Positions 56,335-64,000 of a DNA stretch of 64,000 bases are shown here, one piece after another. The stretch covers positions 14,560 to 78,559 of the forward strand of contig CAZOMM010000001.1 of the NCBI GenBank assembly GCA_964581165.1. Reading direction: 5' to 3'. Each line of letters begins with the position of its first letter. The first letter of the stretch is position 1. Under the pieces are notes generated by a model, which saw only the letters and a program-made list of their open reading frames with translations, did not search any database and was not told the DNA's origin. A program made the translations under genes and the position numbers. This DNA is from an uncultured Coriobacteriaceae bacterium. GTDB taxonomy: Bacteria > Actinomycetota > Coriobacteriia > Coriobacteriales > CADBOM01.

Positions 56335-58194
56335 TTGAAGGGAGATAAAAGTATTCCCGCCAACGGCAATGCTGGGGCTAGCTCTAATAAAACCCAGCTG
56401 CGTCAAAACAAATCTAATCGCAGAAGTTCTACAAGTTCTACAGTGAATCGAAACGATAGGGGTTCGCAGGACAGGGGATACCTTAAATCTAAAGGTGATA
56501 ATTCAAAGCAAGGTTCTAACAAGAAAGACAAGAGGTCTTTTCCAAAGTTGCGAATAATTCCTCTTGGTGGTCTTGATGGCATTGGCAAGAATATGACCGT
56601 TTTTGAATGCGGAAACGACATGGTTCTTGTTGATGCGGGGATGATGTTTCCCGACGATGATTATCCGGGGATCGATTTGCTGATCCCCGATTACACCTAT
56701 GTGCTTGAGAACTCTCACAAATTACGGGGAATCATAGTTACTCATGGGCACGAAGATCACACCGGTGCTATTCCCTATGTTTTAAAGGATCTTGATAGAC
56801 GTACAGACATATACGGATCGCGCCTGACTCTTGGCTTCATAGAAGGCAAACTCGACGAACATAATTTTAGAGATGTCGGAATGCAAGAGGTTGTAGCCGG
56901 GCAAAAGATAAAGCTTGGGATTTTTGATGTCGAGTTTTTTAATGTCAATCATTCGATACCAGGTGCTTTTGGAGTTTTTATAAAAACCCCTGCTGGTAAT
57001 GTTTTACACACTGGTGACTTTAAACTCGACCAAACTCCAATTGATGGGATCATAACCGACTTTGGAGCTATGGCTCGCTTTGCCAATGTGGGAATTGATC
57101 TCTTGATGGCCGATTCAACCAATGCCAATGTGCCTGAATTTACTAAGTCTGAGGCTGAGGTTGGCAAAGTTCTCACTGAAATTATCGGAAATGCTAAGAG
57201 ACGTGTTGTAGTTGCCTCTTTTGCAAGTCATATTCACAGGATTCAGCAGATTTGTGATGCTACGGTTAAAGCAGGCAGAAAAGTTGCAGTTACTGGTCGC
57301 TCAATGCTCACCAATACTCGCATTGCACGTGAGCTTGGTTATCTCGAAATTGATGACACCAGCATTGTAGATGCCTATCAGGTAAACGACATGCCCCGTG
57401 AAAAGATGGTTGTGCTTTGTACGGGCAGCCAGGGTGAGCCCCTATCTGCGCTTACACGTATGGCAAACGGGGAACATCGTACTATTGACATTGAGTCGGG
57501 GGATACAGTAATTATTTCTGCCTCTCCTGTTCCAGGAAACGAAAAGGCTGTTAATAGAGTTAAGAATGCTCTAGCTAAGATCGGCGTAGATTTTTACGAC
57601 AAATCCAGAGCAACGGTTCATGCGTCTGGGCATGCAAGCATGGAAGAGTTAAAGCTTGTTATGTGCATCTGTCGTCCGCGCAACTTTATGCCCATTCATG
57701 GCGAGGAACAGCATCTAAGAGCCCACGCTAGCTTGGCTGAGTCGGTAGGGATCCCTCGTGATCATATTTTTGTGCTCGAAAACGGCAACAGTCTTGAAAT
57801 ACAAGAAGGCAAGGTCTCTGTTGGCGAGCCGGTCGAAAGTGGCGTTGTCTTTGTTGAAGGCTTGTCTGTTGGAGATGTGTCGATGCTGGTTCTCAAAGAT
57901 AGAAAAACTTTGGGAGACGAGGGCGTTGCAACAGTTGTGATCATGATTAGCAAGCGCGACGGGCATCCCCTGAAAGACATCGAGGTAATCATGAGGGGAG
58001 TGAGCGGGGGAGACGACAGTGCCCTTCTTGATGAGGCCACTGTTACGATTCAGGAGACGCTCTCTCAGCTCTCGCACGACTACAGGCTTGATCCGCGTAC
58101 GCTAAAGCGCGAGGTTCGCAACAGTCTCTCCAATTTCTTATGGAAGAGATGTCGCAGGCGTCCAATGATCATCCCGATTGTTATGGAGGTTTAG
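56335..58194 (+). CDS. rnj: ribonuclease J with about 75-aa basic Ser/Lys/Asn-rich N-terminal extension
   Basis: LRIIPLGGLDGIGKNM, HGHEDHTGA, and beta-CASP plus C-terminal domains. GAGGAG lies 7 nt upstream of the TTG at 56335. Confidence 0.88.
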   Translation: MKGDKSIPANGNAGASSNKTQLRQNKSNRRSSTSSTVNRNDRGSQDRGYLKSKGDNSKQGSNKKDKRSFPKLRIIPLGGLDGIGKNMTVFECGNDMVLVDAGMMFPDDDYPGIDLLIPDYTYVLENSHKLRGIIVTHGHEDHTGAIPYVLKDLDRRTDIYGSRLTLGFIEGKLDEHNFRDVGMQEVVAGQKIKLGIFDVEFFNVNHSIPGAFGVFIKTPAGNVLHTGDFKLDQTPIDGIITDFGAMARFANVGIDLLMADSTNANVPEFTKSEAEVGKVLTEIIGNAKRRVVVASFASHIHRIQQICDATVKAGRKVAVTGRSMLTNTRIARELGYLEIDDTSIVDAYQVNDMPREKMVVLCTGSQGEPLSALTRMANGEHRTIDIESGDTVIISASPVPGNEKAVNRVKNALAKIGVDFYDKSRATVHASGHASMEELKLVMCICRPRNFMPIHGEEQHLRAHASLAESVGIPRDHIFVLENGNSLEIQEGKVSVGEPVESGVVFVEGLSVGDVSMLVLKDRKTLGDEGVATVVIMISKRDGHPLKDIEVIMRGVSGGDDSALLDEATVTIQETLSQLSHDYRLDPRTLKREVRNSLSNFLWKRCRRRPMIIPIVMEV

Positions 58195-58272
58195 CGGCGT
58201 TTGGCAGTGTTTAGAGGTGTTGCAGTGTTGTGGCGTTCAGCAGCGGGTGCGGCGTTTTAGCGGCATTTTAGT

Positions 58273-59190
58273 CTAAAAAACTTCCAGTTCGTTTAGCGTT
58301 AAGCTTATAGCCACGGCTACAAGTAAAATTCCAAATGTAATTTTGAGTGCCTTTTCGGGCACTCTTTTTATTAGTGCAGAACCTAGCAATGAGCCGGGAA
58401 TGCTGCCTATTGCAAGCATTGCACCTTGGAGGTAGTCGATATGTCCGTAGACGCCGTGGGTAATAATTCCTGGAATCGATAGAAAACAAAGTGCAAGCAA
58501 AGAGACTCCTGTGGCCTCTTTAAACGAGATTCCAAAAAGCCATGTGGTCATAGGAACTATTACAAAACCTCCACCTACTCCAATGAATCCCGAAAGAAAA
58601 CCAGCAATTATTCCTATGACGATTGCTGTAAACATGTTGCGGGGTTTTAAGTCAAAACCTGCAGAGGATTTACTCGCCTGGGGGGTGCTGTTTGCATATT
58701 GTGTGTGGTCTGTCGATTGTGTACTGTCTATCGGTTGTGTGCTGTCTGTCAAAAGTGTGTAGCCTGTCTTTTTTTCGGATAAATCTCGATGAGCGTTTTG
58801 TGAGAAGTCCTCTTTTTTAAGGGCCTTTCTCATCATATTTGCACCGGTGTAAGCAATAACAATTGCGGTTGCAAACATTGAGGCTGGCCCTCCAGCTAGC
58901 TCTGCTAGCCACGATCCAACAGGCGAGAATAGAATTCCTCCTGCTCCTATAATCAGACTTAGCTTTATATTCAGGCTTTTTAGGCTTTTTGAGCGCATAC
59001 GTCCAAAAACTCCAGCAATAGAGGTTGGAAGTATCACAAATAGTGAGGTGCCTGTAGCCATGAGAGCATCTGCTCCAAATATCAGGCGTAGTAGCGGGAT
59101 TATTATGATGCCGCCGCCAACTCCAAGCAGCCCGGAGAGAACACCTACACATATGCCGCCTATTGCAGCTGCTATTAAAGAAAACACCAT
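58273..59190 (-). CDS. TauE/SafE-family sulfite/anion exporter-like membrane protein
   Basis: Duplicated 4-TM halves with GLLGVGGG and GFIGVGGG motifs, separated by a hydrophilic STQ-rich loop. The start may be the ATG at 59190 or the TTG at 59247. Confidence 0.75.
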   Translation of the reverse strand: MVFSLIAAAIGGICVGVLSGLLGVGGGIIIIPLLRLIFGADALMATGTSLFVILPTSIAGVFGRMRSKSLKSLNIKLSLIIGAGGILFSPVGSWLAELAGGPASMFATAIVIAYTGANMMRKALKKEDFSQNAHRDLSEKKTGYTLLTDSTQPIDSTQSTDHTQYANSTPQASKSSAGFDLKPRNMFTAIVIGIIAGFLSGFIGVGGGFVIVPMTTWLFGISFKEATGVSLLALCFLSIPGIITHGVYGHIDYLQGAMLAIGSIPGSLLGSALIKRVPEKALKITFGILLVAVAISLTLNELEVF

Positions 59191-59666
59191 TGCTTCTTTG
59201 CCACTGCTCCTTTGTCGCTGCTTTTCAAAAAGGGGTCGCACCCCCAAGTTGATGGCTTTTTATCCTTGCTCTTTTGTTTGCTTCAGTTTATGCAATGAAT
59301 ACTCTCAACGAAGATAGCCGAAGACAGTGTTGCTTTTGCAGTGATTATATTTGCGTTCTGCGGGCGTTCTGCAGATGGATAGCAATGGAAATAATCCTAA
59401 CTTTCTATACTCACTCTCGGGTATTACGGTGAGCTTGAGAAGTTTCCCAATGGAAATAATGTGAATATAAAGACAACAGAGCAAATTTCAGATCTAGTTC
59501 AGTTGAAAGGAATACTTTATAAAGCGAGATGGGACATCGATGGAGACATTGATCTTATTGGCGACCGAGCAGCGACCCCCCACCCCATTTCATCTGAGCG
59601 GTCAGCCCTGCAACCATCTCCTGCTACGTGCAGCGCTACTGGTTTAGGCAATGGCGCTGCACGTTT

Positions 59667-59858
59667 TTATGCATACAGCGGAATGCCCCTAAGCTCAATC
59701 CCAGTGTTGCTTGCCGTGCGGCCAAACTCCTTTTCAGATAGACGAACAGCATAGGGCGAACTGCCTTCTGCCATGAGTTTTCGAAGACTTTTGGCACTCA
59801 CATTGCGCGATGACTTTACTTCAATAGGAACAACTTGAGCATCTCGTGCCTGAAGCAA
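59667..59858 (-). pseudogene. 3' remnant of a DUF4143-type AAA ATPase gene
   Basis: Only the C-terminal about 60 aa remain (...VVPIEVKSSRNVSAKSLRKLM...GIPLYA). A stop codon lies immediately upstream and there is no N-terminal ATPase body. Confidence 0.6.
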
Positions 59859-59880
59859 ACTAACCGCAATTAATCAGTTC

Positions 59881-60282
59881 CTAAATAGCCCAGTTTTCTA
59901 CCTTTAAGTCCGGAACTCTTTCAAACTCACGGGTGTTGTTCGTTATCAGTGTTGCATACTCTGCCTTTGCGTGTCCGGCAATCAGGGTGTCAAGCGATCC
60001 GATTAGCGTTCCTTGTTTTTGCAGGTAATCCCGTATTTTTCCATATTCAATCGCTGCGGATTCGCCAAAGGGCACAACGGTTAAAGGGAGCAGGAATCTC
60101 AGGAGCGATTGTTCGTTTTGCCTTGGATTTGAGCTATGTGCCACGCCGTATTCCAATTCTGCTAAGGTGATAGCCGAAATGCATAGCCCGTGATCAACTT
60201 CAGCTTGAAACCTTTGCAAGACCTTGAAAGGTTTTTGCTTCATGACGTATATGCAGATGTTGGTGTCAAGCATGTATGTCAT
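59881..60282 (-). CDS. vapC: type II toxin VapC (PIN-domain ribonuclease)
   Basis: YMLDTNICIY N-terminus, conserved acidic residues and 133 aa. It overlaps vapB by 4 nt. Confidence 0.9.
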   Translation of the reverse strand: MTYMLDTNICIYVMKQKPFKVLQRFQAEVDHGLCISAITLAELEYGVAHSSNPRQNEQSLLRFLLPLTVVPFGESAAIEYGKIRDYLQKQGTLIGSLDTLIAGHAKAEYATLITNNTREFERVPDLKVENWAI

Positions 60283-60509
60283 AATTCGTCTCTTTCTTGA
60301 TTCGCTCCCTGATCCCGTCCGTTCTGAAAGATATCATCTGTGAAACCGTCAAGCCCCTCTTGAAAGGTTTCCCACAGGGCATCTTTAGGTACGAGAATCA
60401 CTGCTTTTCCTAGTTTTTGTACAACAACCTCGTCTACGTCAAAACGAAACTGCTTAGGGATACGAACGGCCTGGCTTCTTCCGTTTTCAAAAATTTTAGC
60501 TATTACCAT
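60279..60509 (-). CDS. vapB: type II antitoxin VapB (AbrB/SpoVT-type)
   Basis: AKIFENGRSQAVRIPKQFRF swapped-hairpin motif, 76 aa. Confidence 0.88.
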   Translation of the reverse strand: MVIAKIFENGRSQAVRIPKQFRFDVDEVVVQKLGKAVILVPKDALWETFQEGLDGFTDDIFQNGRDQGANQERDEL

Positions 60510-60542
60510 AGCGTCACCTTTGTTTCCTTGATTCTCTCAGTG

Positions 60543-60558
60543 ATATATCATGATATAT
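60543..60558. promoter_or_regulatory. perfect 16-bp palindrome ATATATCATGATATAT in the vapBC promoter region (candidate VapB operator)
   Basis: Read directly. It lies 34-49 nt upstream of the vapB start and also contains the direct repeat TGATATAT x2. Confidence 0.55.
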
Positions 60559-60671
60559 ATCGTATACCAAGATTTTGAATGTTCCTGTAGATGAATTAAT
60601 GCAGGGAAAGACGGGAAAGAGTTCTCCCACTCTCGCACTCCGGTACCACTCGCTTCAACTTCTTCGGCGAG

Positions 60672-61812
60672 CTAGCCTGTATGTTTCCTAGGCCTCCAAT
60701 AAACCGTGGATCTTCCTCGTTTGGCTGTCTCCAACAATCCTTCTTCTACCATGGCCGCTAGATAGCGTCTTACTGTGCGCTCGCCAACCTCTTCAACTTT
60801 TTCAGAAACTTCGGAAGCAGAAATCTTTTCGCGTTCGTTGAGTAGGCGATCAACAATTCCGTGCACTTGCTCGTATGTTCGACCTGACCGGCTCCGGCTC
60901 CCTTCAGCCGACACCGCTGCGGTTCCATTACTAGGCATGACAGCGGGAGCGGATACAAAGGCAGTAAAGACATCGCCGTCTTCCATTTAAAACAAAAGCA
61001 TCGGGCAGCCATTTCTCACAAAAGCCGACAAGCTCTTCATAGGCTCTTATCAGGTTCTTCTTACATGTCAATCTGTCGTCATAGCGATCTTTGTCTTGTC
61101 TCTGCAAGATTGCATCAGTTCGGTAGAGCGGAAGAATGTCGAAAATTGTTTCCTCTCGTCCGAGCAATACTACAGAAGCAAGATTGAATCCTTTTTCTCC
61201 TGATATCGGATCGCGGCCGTAAAGCCTAGCACTTCGAAGAAGTTCGTCGTCGTTTAAACTCAGCCAAGGATGTCTTGGGTTTGCGTAATGAATTTCACGC
61301 CTGACCTCATCTAACAATTCCATTTCAAGATCGTCTTCGCTCACCCATGGGTATACAGTGCGTTCCGTGAAAAACCCCTGCTTGCGAATTATCAGCACCG
61401 CTTTATGGGCCTCGGTTTTCACCCTTACATCGGCATCTGCGACTCGGTCGTAGACGGTGCCCTTAAACTCGTAAAGAACCGGCCCCATCGGAACCCAAAC
61501 TCTTATGACAACTTTGTCGTCTCCTACCGGGATCCTCTCGATCTCAGTCATAGGTGGACTGTTGAAGAGTTCGGGATTGTTGGTGACGTTTACAATGTTT
61601 CGTTCGATCGACTTTGCTGCTGCCTCAGAAACACCTTCTACTGATCCATCATCCAAAACGCCCAGAAAAATATTGCCACCTTGACGGTTTGCAAACGAGC
61701 AAATGGTCTCGTAAACATCCTTTTCAACTCTGCCGCCACAACGTTTAAATTCCACACTAACGCCTTCGCCTATTGCGAGATATCTTTCGAGCCTTTTGTC
61801 CACTGTAGCCAC
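60672..61812 (-). pseudogene. AlbA_2 (Schlafen-like) / wHTH putative regulator gene disrupted by internal deletion plus frameshift
   Basis: ORF A (61812-60931) carries AlbA_2 (EGVSVEFKRCGG...SFANRQGGNIFLGV). ORF B (60986-60672), in another frame, carries ..EDGDVFTAFV.. plus a wHTH. The ATPase-like core expected between them is absent. Confidence 0.6.
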
Positions 61813-61829
61813 CTTAGCCGCCCACGCTT

Positions 61830-61885
61830 ATTCTGGACATCAAACTGGACAGATTCTAACAATGTCCAGAATAAGTGTCCAGAAT
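61830..61885. promoter_or_regulatory. inverted/direct repeat set ATTCTGGACA ... TGTCCAGAAT x2 upstream of the AlbA_2 gene
   Basis: ATTCTGGACA at 61830-61839, ACTGGACA at 61844-61851, and TGTCCAGAAT at 61863-61872 and 61876-61885. Confidence 0.5.
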
Positions 61886-62311
61886 ATGACTTGATGGCTC
61901 GCTATAAACATTATTTCGAAAGGGTGGAGTAAACCCTACTTCTGGTCTGCCTCTGCGAGTTTTGTGGGGATGAAAGTTCTGCACGATCCTATCCGACATC
62001 TAGTCTTGCGATATACACGTTTAGGTTACTGTTTGTGCTCGGAAGCATTGCTATCGCACATGGACAAGTAGATCGAGTTCATCTTTGCGGCGAACTTGTG
62101 CTCGGTGGGCACAGGTGTGGTTACAGCAAATAGGAGCTCGCAGCGTGCTACGAACTGGCATGCAAACACCTTGAACGCCATGAGGGGGTGAGGTCCAGCG
62201 CAAGCGTGGATTTATCGCTTATTTCGTTCAATATCATAATTTTGTTCTGCTATTGGGTATAATTTCAAAATATTCAACGCACAAATCGTCTTAATAAAAA
62301 AGGTGACCATC

Positions 62312-63694
62312 ATGTTAATCCGTTTCTCCTGCAAAAACTTTAGATCAATCGGAACCGAACCCATAAAATTCGAAATGGTCTCCTCTTCTAAAATTCAGGC
62401 GCTACCAGAACACATATGCGACTCAAAAGACGGGGCAAAAATTTTGCGTTACGGCGTGATCTACGGTGGAAACGCAAGCGGAAAGAGCTCTCTTGTCAAA
62501 GCGTTTCTTTTTCTCAATACTGCAGTGTCTGGCGGAGGAATTCCAGCTGATACCTCAAGGGAGTTTTGTCGCGTTGGCGCTGGTTACGTCAATGAGGAAT
62601 CTACCTTTGACATCCAGTTTTCTGTGGATGGAAAAGTCTTCGATTACGGCTTCAGCTGCGTTTTAAGTCAATTCACCGTCACATCGGAATGGCTCATCGA
62701 TCTTAATGGATCACCCAAAACTCTTTTCTCTAGAGAAAGAGATGCGATCGAAATTGGCAAGCGGCTCGAGAGTAAGCTTTCAGACGACGAGCGGGCGCGC
62801 ATGCGAATCTATAGCGAAGATTTCCTTGGATCGGACTTTGGGAAACACAGCCTCTTTTTGCCTTTCATTGGTCGGGGAAAAGTGATAGCGCCAGACTCGC
62901 CGCTACAGGACTTAGTGAAAGCTTTTGCGTGGTTTACTGATGGAATCGATATTATGCTTCCCGGGCGAGGTCCATCAAAGGTGGAGTTTTACACCGATGG
63001 GAGCACGCTCGATTCGGTCGCAGAACTCCTTGCATCGTTAGATACAGGCATCTTGTCTCTAAAGAAAACTCCCGTTCCATTCAATGATCTCGAAAAGAAA
63101 ATTCCTGCAGCACTAGTCGTTGCAGTTAAGGACATCCTTCGTTCCAATCCTCCAAAAGACGACAGCTCCAAGCTCGTTATGACGCTTCGCAACGAAAACG
63201 TATTTGTCGGCTTCGAGCGAGACGGATTCAACGATCCAACTGCAACCACGCTGGAAATTGGTCATACCGGATCCTCTCTGACCTTTGACTTTGGCGATGA
63301 GTCAGATGGCACCAAGAGGCTGTTTGATTTCATGGATATCCTGTTCACGAAAAGACGTGACACCGTTTTTATCATCGATGAACTCGATCGCAGTCTTCAT
63401 CCTATGTTGACGGCACAGATTGTGAAACTTTTTACTGATGCCCATGCCGACGACTGCTGTCAGCTCGTCTTTACTACTCACGAAAACAGCATCATGACCG
63501 ATGAGCTGTTTCGCCGAGACGAAATCTGGTTCGTCGACAGGAACGAAGACGGAACATCCACGCTCTACCCACTCGACAGCTTCAACCTGAGAAGCGATGC
63601 GCGCATAGGCAAGCAGTACCTCGAGGGGCGCTACGGCGGAATTCCAATCCTTGCGACAACAAAGGCGCTCTCGGCAATTGAGGGGAACAGATAG
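62312..63694 (+). CDS. ABC-type AAA ATPase of the defence-island class (COG1106 / AAA_21-like)
   Basis: N-terminal MLIRFSCKNFRSIG, Walker A GGNASGKSS, signature-like ESDGTKRLF, Walker B VFIIDELDRSLHP, H-loop FTTHE and C-terminal YLEGRYGGIP. The ATG at 62312 has AAAGGTGA upstream. Confidence 0.75.
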   Translation: MLIRFSCKNFRSIGTEPIKFEMVSSSKIQALPEHICDSKDGAKILRYGVIYGGNASGKSSLVKAFLFLNTAVSGGGIPADTSREFCRVGAGYVNEESTFDIQFSVDGKVFDYGFSCVLSQFTVTSEWLIDLNGSPKTLFSRERDAIEIGKRLESKLSDDERARMRIYSEDFLGSDFGKHSLFLPFIGRGKVIAPDSPLQDLVKAFAWFTDGIDIMLPGRGPSKVEFYTDGSTLDSVAELLASLDTGILSLKKTPVPFNDLEKKIPAALVVAVKDILRSNPPKDDSSKLVMTLRNENVFVGFERDGFNDPTATTLEIGHTGSSLTFDFGDESDGTKRLFDFMDILFTKRRDTVFIIDELDRSLHPMLTAQIVKLFTDAHADDCCQLVFTTHENSIMTDELFRRDEIWFVDRNEDGTSTLYPLDSFNLRSDARIGKQYLEGRYGGIPILATTKALSAIEGNR

Positions 63695-63695
63695 C

Positions 63696-63965
63696 ATGCC
63701 ACCGCTAAATGCATTAGAAACCTGGTCGCGCAGAAGCGAATCGAACCAGCGGCGGCCGCTCAGGCCAAAAGGCCATCGCGCCCACCGGGGGCTTTCAGCC
63801 CCTCCTGCTTTAAGACTAAACTTACGTTTAGGTCACATTACTGCAAAAGAAAAGTTTATTTCCCTACGTAATGAATTTCTTATAGACAATTCACCCCACC
63901 TTCTTATGCTCGAATCAAACAGCACTGGCGACTTGCTTGCTATCGTCTGCGGCTTCTGTATTTAA
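63696..63965 (+). CDS. 89-aa ORF starting 1 nt after the ATPase stop; no recognisable domain, possibly a chimeric remnant of the ATPase partner gene
   Basis: TAG-C-ATG spacing. The first 35 codons are GC- and Arg-rich and the rest is AT-rich, with an abrupt composition break near 63800. Confidence 0.2.
   Translation: MPPLNALETWSRRSESNQRRPLRPKGHRAHRGLSAPPALRLNLRLGHITAKEKFISLRNEFLIDNSPHLLMLESNSTGDLLAIVCGFCI
63787..63812 (+). terminator. weak terminator-like hairpin
   Basis: GGGGGCT-ttc-AGCCCCT followed by CCTGCTTTAAG. Confidence 0.3.
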
Positions 63966-64000
63966 TATTCGCATGTCGTTCTGAGACATTACGTCGCTTA

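Noticed and set aside
59461-59754. 97-aa plus-strand ORF
   Set aside because: It overlaps the DUF4143 remnant on the opposite strand, and its translation is unrecognisable.
62008-62181. 57-aa minus-strand ORF (MAFKVFACQFVARCELLF...) in the 490-bp spacer before the ATPase gene, considered as a mobile-element remnant
   Set aside because: There is no SD (the upstream sequence is C-rich), I could recognise no transposase or integrase motif, and the ORF is below a reliable length.
63722-63800. tRNA-like T-arm word (GGTTCGATTC on the minus strand, 63738-63747) ending ...GCGCGACCA, considered as a tRNA or tRNA-derived att site at the island edge
   Set aside because: I could not fold a cloverleaf. 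The T-stem halves do not pair, the acceptor pairs at only 5 of 7 positions, and the candidate is about 58 nt long. A tRNAscan-SE or ARAGORN run would settle it.

Overview
This is a 64-kb chromosomal window at about 48-50% GC. Gene content and synteny look actinobacterial, probably Coriobacteriia/Eggerthellaceae-like. That placement is inferred from the ask-asd pair with a nested beta-subunit start, the rpsO-pnp-M16-dapB-dapA-rnj block, a Tat-dependent group-1-type [NiFe] hydrogenase, and PadR and Ser/Thr-kinase genes; it is not a database result. Most of the window is housekeeping or core metabolism: the end of a cobalamin nucleotide-loop operon (cobT-cobU-cobS plus a mini cobU-like gene), an FmdE-family gene, an OmpR/HisKA two-component pair, thrS, ask/asd, gdhA, a Zn-ADH, queT, a hydrogenase operon, an FNT channel, Mrp/ApbC, an Isf-like flavoprotein, a ZIP transporter, tig, tRNA-Asp, tRNA-His, rpsO, pnp, dapBA and RNase J. 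Six regions stand out. (1) An eight-gene minus-strand cluster (11.9-20.9 kb) joins a four-subunit flavo/iron-sulfur dehydrogenase set to an ornithine-cyclodeaminase-family enzyme, Amt, an acyl-CoA synthetase and an XRE-cupin regulator. (2) A GT-A-like gene is translationally coupled to a reduced LytS-like kinase and a LytTR regulator, with 17-bp direct repeats at its promoter. (3) A Ser/Thr kinase is divergently paired with a Ser-rich secreted protein made of short degenerate repeats. (4) A 588-aa AAA+-like protein has ruined Walker A and B motifs. (5) A 718-aa membrane protein has a signal-peptide-like N-terminus that is only reachable from a non-canonical ATA or ATT start. (6) A decayed accessory/defence islet at 59.3-64 kb holds a DUF4143 ATPase remnant, vapBC, an AlbA_2/wHTH gene with an internal deletion plus frameshift, and an ABC-type defence-class ATPase with no recognisable nuclease partner. 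Short degenerate tandem repeats (10-18 bp units) fill many intergenic spacers. No CRISPR array, rRNA, intact transposase or prophage was seen. All calls come from reading the translations and the DNA by eye; no searches were run.
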